Shown here: positions 56,783 through 64,000 of the stretch, in pieces | How positions within the stretch are numbered: position 1 is the first letter of the stretch | Layout of the letters: every line of letters starts with the position of its first letter | Assembly (NCBI GenBank): GCA_965140445.1 | Contig: OZ223236.1 | Location: 4,128,001-4,192,000 of the forward strand | DNA: 64,000 nucleotides | Direction: 5' to 3' | Origin: Candidatus Ozemobacteraceae bacterium | GTDB taxonomy: Bacteria > Muiribacteriota > Ozemobacteria > Ozemobacterales > Ozemobacteraceae | Notes under the pieces: model-generated | Told to the model about the DNA's origin: nothing | Seen by the model: the letters and a program-made list of their open reading frames with translations, nothing else | Databases searched by the model: none | Translations under genes and position numbers: made by a program

Positions 56783-57114
56783 AAATCGCGATCCCCGTAG
56801 CTGAAGAGAAACTTTGCATGCATTTTGGTCATTGCCAGGTATTCCACATTTTTCAAATTGAAAATAACAAAATACTTGGTGTGGAAAAACTGACCCCACC
56901 TCCACACGAACCAGGTGTTTTACCTAAATGGCTTGGAGAACAGAAAGTTAATGTTATCCTGGCTGGTGGAATGGGAGTAAAAGCTCAGCAACTTTTTGCA
57001 GCACAAAACATCGAAGTAGTCACTGGTATCCAGGGTGAATTAAACCCCGAAAAGCTTGTAGAACTGTACATCAAAGACAACCTTACGATTGGTCAGAACG
57101 CCTGTTCACATTAG
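56779..57114 (+). CDS. NifB/NifX family protein
   Basis: MKIAIP, LCMHFGHC, PPPHEPGVLPKWL, AGGMG, NACSH. Confidence 0.92.
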   Translation: MKIAIPVAEEKLCMHFGHCQVFHIFQIENNKILGVEKLTPPPHEPGVLPKWLGEQKVNVILAGGMGVKAQQLFAAQNIEVVTGIQGELNPEKLVELYIKDNLTIGQNACSH

Positions 57115-57144
57115 GCTTTTAACCAATCGGCTATTTCTCTGTCA

Positions 57145-57182
57145 TTCCTGCAGAGCCCTTGGGTTCTGCGGGGATTTTTTTT
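57145..57182 (+). terminator. Intrinsic terminator
   Basis: TCCTGCAGAGCC...GGTTCTGCGGG stem followed by T run. Confidence 0.8.
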
Positions 57183-57286
57183 CTAATCAAAATACCGCAA
57201 AAATAGATTAAACAGGAGGTACCCTATTGTTTTATTTTTTTCTCAATTACTGCTAGAATAGAAAAAAAAATTCTGGAGAGTAATTA

Positions 57287-60200
57287 ATGCAAAAAGCTAC
57301 CTGGTATAAAGCCGCTTTTTTTTTGGCTTTAGTTTCCCTGGCCCTACTTTCGGGCTGCAACCTTTTTAATCCTAACAGTAACGACACAAATGAAACGGGC
57401 TCAAGTATAAGTCCTGCAGCATCATTAAATCTAAAATTTGTCGTCCCAAACAGCAACGACAAGCTCGCAGGAAGCACAGCGATAAGAGCTCAAACAACCT
57501 CTACCAGAGTAAAAATAATTCTTACTGTTGTAAAAACAGGATATGCAAATGCAAAACCAGCAATTCTGGTTAAATTTGCAACTCCGGATTCCAGCGGAAA
57601 TGCCACGGTTAACTTTGAAAATATTCCTGTTGGTGCCGCACTAGCTAAAATTCAAATTGAAAGCGGACACATTCAAGGCTGGACAGACTTTCAAGGTGCT
57701 TCGGATCTAGCTGCAGGCAGCAACGTTATGGAAGTTGCCCCGGCAGGCTCCAGAATGGAGGCTGACCTTCTGGCCGGAGCCCTGGAAGACGCAATAAAAA
57801 ATAGCACCATCATGGCTGCTGCAGGCGCTCAGACGGTTACAAATCTACGCAACGCCCTTTCCTCAATCGATACTCAGGCGGACAATCCATATTCTAAGGT
57901 TTTAAACCTTCTCATCACTCAGCTATCCCCAGCAGGAATGATAAGGGTTGTGGCGGATAATACTGCTAAGACGCTAACAGGTTTCAATGGAACTAGTCAG
58001 GCATGGCAAAAAACATATTCTGCAGTCTGGACTGGAACAGACAGCATTTTGGGAATCAGCTCAGCAAACCTTACTGCCACGAGAATAGTCCGACAAGGAT
58101 TCGGTAATTTTTCAATGGTTGAGTGGCGTGATGCGACTACGGGCTACGCTATTTTAACGACTCACAAGAATACAGATGGCGAAGGTCAGATGCTTTTTGG
58201 ACACTACGGCAAATTTGATCAGGTTCTCCCCATATCAGACACGGTTTTTGTTGCAGGCGCTTATAGCATAAAAAATAGCTGCCCTGCTTTGTATAAATGG
58301 GATACAGGTAAAAACGCCTACCCTGCCAATTCAACCTCCGATCCTTCTAACCTTGAATGGCAAAGAATTTTTACCAACCATACCTATTCTTCAACCCCTA
58401 CCACAGGCTCAGCGATATCTAACATTAGAATCGATGATTCTAAAAATATGACCGTTATTGTTAAACTTTCTGATGGAACTGTGCGAGCCTACCGTGTTGC
58501 TATTTCAGACGGCACAGCAACTTCATTAGCTACAACTGTTACACCAAACAAACCTCCAACTGTTGCAATAACAGCTCCTGCCAATGCAAGCTCCTATGCA
58601 GCAACAGAAACAATAGCTATTACAACAAATGCAGCAGATGCTGACGGAAGCATATCTCAGGTTCAGTTCTTTGCTGGAACCGCCCAAATTGGAACTGCCA
58701 CAGCTTCGCCATGGTCTATAAACTGGTCGGGAATGGCAACTGGAACTTACCAGCTTGTTGCCAGAGCCTGGGACAATCTTGGTTTTTCAGCTCTCTCAAG
58801 TCCTGTTCAAGTTACAATTACAGGAACCGCTGTAGCAGCCAATCAATCGCCAACAGTTTCTATAACCGCTCCAACTTCAGGAGCAACATATACTGCTGGA
58901 GATTCAATCGCAATTACTGCAACTGCAATTGACTCTGATGGCGCAATAAGCAAAGTTGAGTTCTATAACGGCTCGACCCTTCTTGAAACAGACACCGCCG
59001 CGCCTTATAGCTATACCTGGGCTTCCGTTTCAGCTGGTTCATATAGCATTACTGCCAAAGCTTATGATAATAAGGATGCAACGACAACATCAACGGCAAT
59101 TTCAGTGACAGTTAATGCCCCATCTGTTTCTTTGCCAGATCTGGTTATAACAGAAATCAGCAGCTATCAGTATTCAAACAATCCAAGATGGATTGAACTT
59201 AAAAACACCACTAATTCTGCTCTTCAACTTTCTGACTATTCAATCAAAGCACTGCAGAATGATGGAACAAACCTCACAAACGAAGTTACCTTCCCGCTTC
59301 CAGCTTATTCTCTGGCCGCCAATTCGTATGTAGTTGTCAGGTATAAAACCGGAGACTATCAATATACTGGCCCAGGACTGGTACACTTTGCAACTAATGG
59401 TGCAGGACAGGTCCCATACTGGGGTGAATATGGCTATTTTAATCTGATTAAAAATAGCGACAGCTCAACCATGGATTTTGTCAAGTTTGGCAATGTTGAT
59501 CAATACTCTAATACAATTCCAACCATCCCATCAGGTCAGTGGTCAGGAAATGCAGCAACAGCTCTTCCAGCCACCCTGGGTTATGCTCTAGCAAGGAATA
59601 TGTCAGAAGCAGACAACAATACCGCTTCCAACTGGACAGTAAGAGGATTCTTAACTCCAGGAGCTTTCAATGACGCCACCTCAGACACTGATGCCGATGG
59701 CGATGGTATTCCAGATGAAAGCGAAGTTTCAGGAAAAACTTACTGCGGAATGCCTCTATATGACTGGGGCGCTAGACCTGGTGTTAAGGATATCTTTGTT
59801 CACATCGATTACATGGACCCAACCAGTTCTGCAAATGCATTGGCTCACACCCCGAATAAAACAGGTCTGGATCGTATTGTAGCTGCGTTTGCTAAACGTG
59901 GGTTTGCAATTCACTTTGACGTGGGAACATTACTTGGATCTGGCATTGCTAACTACAACATGGATAATCGTGACCACAAAGTTGGCTATCTTGCTGAAGT
60001 CTCTATGGACCCGACTTCTGGCGTTAAAACTATTTATCAATATAAAGTAGAAAGCCTTCCTATCTACAAGACTCCAGTGTTTCATTATTGTTTGCTATCA
60101 AATAAAATCCATAACACCTCAGCAAGTGGACTTGGAGAACTGGGTGGAAATGACTTTATTGTAGCTATAGGCGGCTCAACCCTTGCCAACTCAACGGATG

Positions 60201-60856
60201 CAGAAAAAAATCTCTGGGCTAACAATCAGGGAAGTACCATCATGCATGAACTTGGACACAATCTTGGTTTAAAACATGGAGGGGATGAAGATACAAACTA
60301 TAAACCAAACTATCTGAGCCTCATGAACTATCTCTATTCAAATCTTGGAGTTTCAGATCCTGCTAACACAAAAGCCGGTGATAGATATTATCATCAAATG
60401 TACGCAAAAGATGGATTTAACAGCTCTTCTGTTTGGGCAAAATACTTTAACGGAACAGGCAGTTCATGGGAACAGCTTCACAATGGACCTTACACCGCTG
60501 ATTTCGTTTTTGATTTTTCCAGTAAAACAGCTTCGGATCTAAATGAGGGAAATCTTGTAGAATCGGCGGGACTTGGAGTGTCTGGCGGAGCAGCTGTTGA
60601 TTGGAATGGAGATGGGGACAAAATTGATAGTTTATCCTATAACATCAACCCAAGCGGAGACTCTACTCTTGGCAATCTTCATGATTATAATGACTGGCAG
60701 GCGATCAACATTAAATTCATGAATCAATTCAGTGGTGCAGGATCAATTAGAGCATCAGTTCTAACTGGCACCGCCAGACCAAGAAAAGATTACCTGTGCG
60801 ATGAATTCCAGGAAGTAGTTGAATGTCAAATGCCTCCTTGCGGGCACAAACATTGA
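57287..60856 (+). CDS. Large lipoprotein: two Ig-like (Big) domains, lamin-tail domain, metzincin zinc metalloprotease
   Basis: Lipobox LSGC; two repeats NxxPTVxITAP...DxDGxISxVxF; LTD (LVITEIS..WIELKN..TPGAFN); DADGDGIPD; HELGHNLGLKH with Met-turn SLMNY. Confidence 0.85.
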   Translation: MQKATWYKAAFFLALVSLALLSGCNLFNPNSNDTNETGSSISPAASLNLKFVVPNSNDKLAGSTAIRAQTTSTRVKIILTVVKTGYANAKPAILVKFATPDSSGNATVNFENIPVGAALAKIQIESGHIQGWTDFQGASDLAAGSNVMEVAPAGSRMEADLLAGALEDAIKNSTIMAAAGAQTVTNLRNALSSIDTQADNPYSKVLNLLITQLSPAGMIRVVADNTAKTLTGFNGTSQAWQKTYSAVWTGTDSILGISSANLTATRIVRQGFGNFSMVEWRDATTGYAILTTHKNTDGEGQMLFGHYGKFDQVLPISDTVFVAGAYSIKNSCPALYKWDTGKNAYPANSTSDPSNLEWQRIFTNHTYSSTPTTGSAISNIRIDDSKNMTVIVKLSDGTVRAYRVAISDGTATSLATTVTPNKPPTVAITAPANASSYAATETIAITTNAADADGSISQVQFFAGTAQIGTATASPWSINWSGMATGTYQLVARAWDNLGFSALSSPVQVTITGTAVAANQSPTVSITAPTSGATYTAGDSIAITATAIDSDGAISKVEFYNGSTLLETDTAAPYSYTWASVSAGSYSITAKAYDNKDATTTSTAISVTVNAPSVSLPDLVITEISSYQYSNNPRWIELKNTTNSALQLSDYSIKALQNDGTNLTNEVTFPLPAYSLAANSYVVVRYKTGDYQYTGPGLVHFATNGAGQVPYWGEYGYFNLIKNSDSSTMDFVKFGNVDQYSNTIPTIPSGQWSGNAATALPATLGYALARNMSEADNNTASNWTVRGFLTPGAFNDATSDTDADGDGIPDESEVSGKTYCGMPLYDWGARPGVKDIFVHIDYMDPTSSANALAHTPNKTGLDRIVAAFAKRGFAIHFDVGTLLGSGIANYNMDNRDHKVGYLAEVSMDPTSGVKTIYQYKVESLPIYKTPVFHYCLLSNKIHNTSASGLGELGGNDFIVAIGGSTLANSTDAEKNLWANNQGSTIMHELGHNLGLKHGGDEDTNYKPNYLSLMNYLYSNLGVSDPANTKAGDRYYHQMYAKDGFNSSSVWAKYFNGTGSSWEQLHNGPYTADFVFDFSSKTASDLNEGNLVESAGLGVSGGAAVDWNGDGDKIDSLSYNINPSGDSTLGNLHDYNDWQAINIKFMNQFSGAGSIRASVLTGTARPRKDYLCDEFQEVVECQMPPCGHKH
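58545..59118 (+). repeat. Two tandem Ig-like domain repeats within the lipoprotein (approximate bounds)
   Basis: PNKPPTVAITAPAN..DADGSISQVQFF..ARAWDN versus NQSPTVSITAPTS..DSDGAISKVEFY..AKAYDN. Confidence 0.8.
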
Positions 60857-60876
60857 TATAGACTGATTTTTCACAC

Positions 60877-60916
60877 AAGAGCTGCTCATTTCTGAGCAGC
60901 TCTTTTTCTTTTTTTT
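60877..60916 (+). terminator. Intrinsic terminator
   Basis: AAGAGCTGCTCA-TTTC-TGAGCAGCTCTT followed by T-rich run. Confidence 0.9.
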
Positions 60917-60955
60917 GTTTTGCCAAATCTTTCAAAATGCCGTTTTGGAAATTTT

Positions 60956-61007
60956 TTATCGTTTTTCAATAATTTTTTATTGCTTTTAGATTTATTTTTG
61001 TTATAAT
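60956..61007 (+). promoter_or_regulatory. Promoter and probable XRE operator of the DUF2975-like/YozG pair
   Basis: TTATCG-N5-CAATAA (60956-60972), half-site TTATTG (60977-60982), extended -10 TGtTATAAT (60999-61007). Confidence 0.6.
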
Positions 61008-61066
61008 CAAAATATAAACATTTTGTTGCAACAAATGGTTTGAAAAAATTATCAGGAGAAAGCAAA

Positions 61067-61354
61067 ATGAACGAAAAAGAAATGGAAGCAAAAATTTATA
61101 ATATTTCTAGAGGCGCATACTGGTTCGGAATTATTGGCCGACTACTTGTATTCTTTGGAACTCTCAGTTTTCTATTTTTGATGGCTTCACTCATTCCCCA
61201 TGCTCTCAACGGTTTTAAAGAAATGGACAAATATCCAGCTCAATTAGCGGTAAGTACGATTCAAAATCTCATAATTGGCTATTTGTTCATAATTGCCCGA
61301 GACGCATTCGAATCAATCATATACGTAATGAAAGAAACCAGGGATACTGTTTAA
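61067..61354 (+). CDS. Small membrane protein (short DUF2975-like)
   Basis: AGGAG SD; two TM helices; C-terminus MKETRDTV; TAATG coupling to a YozG-type HTH gene. Confidence 0.6.
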   Translation: MNEKEMEAKIYNISRGAYWFGIIGRLLVFFGTLSFLFLMASLIPHALNGFKEMDKYPAQLAVSTIQNLIIGYLFIIARDAFESIIYVMKETRDTV

Positions 61355-61572
61355 TGCCTATAATAGTCAATCTAGACGTGGTTATGGCCATGCGAAAAAT
61401 TAAGCTTAAAGATCTTTCTGCAAAGATAGACGTGACAGAAGCCAACCTGTCCAAGCTCAAAACCGGAAAAGTTAAAGCCATTCGCTTTTCGACCCTGGAA
61501 GCAATATGCAAAGAGTTAAACTGTAAACCAGGTGACATTCTTGATTATTCAGAAGAACCTGGCAACGAATAA
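61354..61572 (+). CDS. XRE/Cro family HTH transcriptional regulator (YozG-like)
   Basis: MPIIVNLDVVMAMRK...ANLSKLKTGKVKAIRFSTLEAICKELNCKPGDILDY. Confidence 0.95.
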   Translation: MPIIVNLDVVMAMRKIKLKDLSAKIDVTEANLSKLKTGKVKAIRFSTLEAICKELNCKPGDILDYSEEPGNE

Positions 61573-61611
61573 AAAACAGAAATGTTAAATTTCTATTAAT
61601 ATAGATTTAAC

Positions 61612-61658
61612 AAAAAATCGCAAACTAACTTACACGAAGATTAGTTTGCGATTTTTTT
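61612..61658. terminator. Bidirectional intrinsic terminator
   Basis: AAAAAATCGCAAACTAA...TTAGTTTGCGATTTTTT. Confidence 0.88.
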
Positions 61659-61660
61659 AA

Positions 61661-62434
61661 TTAGAATTTCTTTCCAATATAAAAAGCATAACCAAAATAT
61701 TCTTTATACTTATTGTATAGTTGAGCCTCATGACGCTGGCTTACGATAAAATCTTCGGCCCTCTTATTGCCTGCATTTTCCTTCAGAAATATTTTATCTA
61801 CCTCTAATTTTGGAGCAAAGTAATTTTCCGTCCAGCAATTTTCAGGCAAAATGAAAGCAGCTACCGGAATGTAACCGGCTTTTTGCATTTGGTCTACCTT
61901 ATTGGAAATTGTATCTATTTCTGGATATACATCCATCCAGAACTTCTCGATCTCAGCAGGGCGCTTCTCTGTAAACCATGTGGCCTCTGAAACAGCAATG
62001 TAACCACCTGTTTTTAGAAACTTTCGCCATTCATTAATTCCCCGTTCAAATCCAACAATGTAGATTGCGCCTTCCGACCAGATAAGATCTAACTCTTCAT
62101 TCTGAAAGGAAAGGTTTTCCATGGATTCAACAATTCCTTTTACCCTATTCTGAAAACCAAGCTTCATGGCGTTACGATTGAATAACTCGATAAAGACAGG
62201 AGAAACGTCAACTCCAGTTATGTTTCCAGGAGTATGCTGCGCCAATACCATTGAATTACCACCCGATCCGCAACCAATGTCAGAAATTAGTGACTGGTCA
62301 TTTAGATTATCGATAAAGCTCAAAGCTCTTTTTGTTGCTTCTTCGCTCCCAGGTCCCTGTCGTTCAAAGTTTGAAAAATATTTCCAGATCAATTTTCGAT
62401 CGAATTCATGAATTGCCGTATATTCTTCGCTCAT
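61661..62434 (-). CDS. Class I SAM-dependent methyltransferase
   Basis: [34 protein letters not shown]. Confidence 0.92.
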   Translation of the reverse strand: MSEEYTAIHEFDRKLIWKYFSNFERQGPGSEEATKRALSFIDNLNDQSLISDIGCGSGGNSMVLAQHTPGNITGVDVSPVFIELFNRNAMKLGFQNRVKGIVESMENLSFQNEELDLIWSEGAIYIVGFERGINEWRKFLKTGGYIAVSEATWFTEKRPAEIEKFWMDVYPEIDTISNKVDQMQKAGYIPVAAFILPENCWTENYFAPKLEVDKIFLKENAGNKRAEDFIVSQRHEAQLYNKYKEYFGYAFYIGKKF

Positions 62435-62443
62435 AACTCCTCC

Positions 62444-63367
62444 TTACTTTTTACCAGCTTTGCCTTTAATTTCTGTTATGGGGGACAAAATTGAACGAAT
62501 TGTGTTTTCCAGTGCCGGATTAAATTCTTTCGGCTTATTCAACATTAAAAAGTGATCTGCACCTTTTATTATTGTGGCATCAAAAGAAACCATATGGCGG
62601 CGATTGGCTTCACAATTTACGGGCCACATATCAGCATTTATAACTTTGACAGGAACTTTGATTTTATCAAAAAGCTTTGCAAGTTGCCCCGTTACTGATA
62701 GTGTCAGAATCTCTGTTAATGAACTTAATGCGATAGATGGAGGTGCTGATGACATGTCAGAGAGAATCCACTCACGAAGTTGAGAATCAGTTCCAGGTAA
62801 AAGCATTTCCGATACGAATTGACGACTTCCAGTTTGAAAATCATTTTTAAATGGAGCCAGCATTTGTTCAAGCGCTTCTTTTGTCAACGGATATTCTACA
62901 TTTTCAAGCGTATCTATACCGATCAGACCTTTAACGCGATCTGGCATAAGCCGCGCGGCTTCAGCAATTACGACCCCTCCCATTGAGTGACCTATCAGAA
63001 TAACATTTTTGCTTCCTATAGCCTCTACTACGGATTGTACATCCTCGCCAAAAGCTGTCATTGTATATTTAGAGCGGTTTGTTCCAGAATGTCCATGACC
63101 AGCAAGATCAATAAGCACTATGCGATTGTTCTTTGAAAAAAATTCTAACTGCTCACGCCAGTATCTTGAGTCACAGCTCCATCCATGAACGAATACAAGT
63201 GTTGGCTCTCCTTTTCCATAAGTCTCAAAAGAAATTGGTGTCCCATCTTTGGAGGGAACAAACTTAGGCCATTCTGTTCGAGCATTTGCTATCCCAGCGC
63301 AAAAAAGCAGGATAACAAAAAGAATATTTATTTTTGAAACAAGCTTTATGTAAGTATTTTTAAACAT
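62444..63367 (-). CDS. Secreted alpha/beta hydrolase
   Basis: Signal peptide; VHGWS, DLAGHG, GHSMG, ADHF. Confidence 0.9.
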   Translation of the reverse strand: MFKNTYIKLVSKINILFVILLFCAGIANARTEWPKFVPSKDGTPISFETYGKGEPTLVFVHGWSCDSRYWREQLEFFSKNNRIVLIDLAGHGHSGTNRSKYTMTAFGEDVQSVVEAIGSKNVILIGHSMGGVVIAEAARLMPDRVKGLIGIDTLENVEYPLTKEALEQMLAPFKNDFQTGSRQFVSEMLLPGTDSQLREWILSDMSSAPPSIALSSLTEILTLSVTGQLAKLFDKIKVPVKVINADMWPVNCEANRRHMVSFDATIIKGADHFLMLNKPKEFNPALENTIRSILSPITEIKGKAGKK

Positions 63368-63484
63368 ATTTTTTCCTTTTTCTCGAGAGTCATTAAATTT
63401 TTAACCCAAATTCAAATTTTAAATTCGAGCTTTTACTTCTATGGGCTAATCAAAAGTAAAAACATCTTTAATCTAGATTTCACA

Positions 63485-63913
63485 TCAAGGGCTATTTTCA
63501 AAGTTTTTTCGCTCTTTACAAAGTATAAAAAAGGCCCATATTGAAAATACGGCAAAAGGTAAAGATATTATACCCCCCGGTGAAATAGTATTCGTATTAA
63601 AGTCTCGGACAAATAGCACTGTAAGAGAATACCAATATAAGATATTACACCATTGTGCTGACAGCCATCCCCAGAAACTCATGCGCCAAAGCCCGAACGT
63701 GCTTACAGCCAATAATGGAGCTGACCAGAGCAAGTCGGCGATTCCAAAACCATAAATCGTGGCAATAGCATTTTTTTCAAGCTGAAGACTGGAGTCCCCG
63801 GAGTTTATTTTAAAAAAGACCAAGCCCCAGAAAAGTATATGAATTGCTGATGCAATTCCGTTTATTAATGCAATAACTGAAATAGATTCAGGTCTGATAA
63901 CTACACGATTCAT
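63485..63913 (-). CDS. Hypothetical membrane protein (about four TM)
   Basis: Hydrophobic helices; FGIADLLW motif. Confidence 0.7.
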   Translation of the reverse strand: MNRVVIRPESISVIALINGIASAIHILFWGLVFFKINSGDSSLQLEKNAIATIYGFGIADLLWSAPLLAVSTFGLWRMSFWGWLSAQWCNILYWYSLTVLFVRDFNTNTISPGGIISLPFAVFSIWAFFILCKERKNFENSP

Positions 63914-63917
63914 AAAG

Positions 63918-64000
63918 TTAACCTTCTTTATCCTTCGAGGGAATACTGTTGACTTTAGAGACTTCCAGTTTCAAATGGATGAGATTTTCCTGTTTTTGTC
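63918..64000 (-). CDS. Possible 3' end of a CDS entering from the right edge
   Basis: Open frame QKQENLIHLKLEVSKVNSIPSKDKEG* stopping 4 nt before the next ATG. Confidence 0.4.
   Translation of the reverse strand, partial: QKQENLIHLKLEVSKVNSIPSKDKEG

Noticed and set aside
54173..57114. Nitrogen-fixation cluster
   Set aside because: NifX-like domains and P-loop ATPases are present, but there is no nifH/D/K/E/N or radical-SAM nifB, and the ATPases lack NifH motifs.
1..64000. CRISPR arrays, tRNA/rRNA genes, IS elements, prophage or REP-like repeat families
   Set aside because: No regularly spaced repeats, cloverleafs, transposase, integrase or phage genes seen by eye; the intergenic hairpins have unrelated sequences and read as ordinary terminators.

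Overview
AT-rich, gene-dense bacterial chromosomal segment with about 57 CDS. I found no rRNA, tRNA, CRISPR array, integrase or transposase. The gene style (HEAT-repeat protein, large Ig/lamin-tail lipoprotein metalloprotease) suggests an anaerobic, proteolytic candidate-phylum organism, possibly Ca. Riflebacteria; that assignment is an impression, not a database result. Recognisable genes: trxB (partial), a heterodimeric MdlAB-like ABC exporter, sixA, ppiC, an MscS channel, glgX, dcd, crcB, gloA, a divergent transketolase, a MATE pump, pcp, an adenylate/guanylate cyclase, a DUF134-NifX-(fused double 4Fe-4S P-loop ATPase)-NifX operon and a DUF2975-like/YozG pair. The window is unusually rich in secreted or membrane peptidases and nucleases. 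Most notable observations: (1) an orphan ~100-nt promoter-to-terminator unit at 48790-48923 exposing an anti-Shine-Dalgarno CUCCUUC (candidate sRNA or attenuator); (2) a perfect 14-bp palindrome filling the promoter spacer of the DUF134 operon; (3) a 599-aa hypothetical protein with papain-like catalytic motifs at the end of an aminopeptidase cluster; (4) a secreted C39-like peptidase with a Gly-rich membrane-type tail; (5) a probable ATT start codon; (6) a recurrent (S/A)IRA(S/Q) linker motif in lipoprotein proteases; (7) a secreted Asp-less PLD with a winged-helix tail; (8) a TerB-like/HEAT gene pair.
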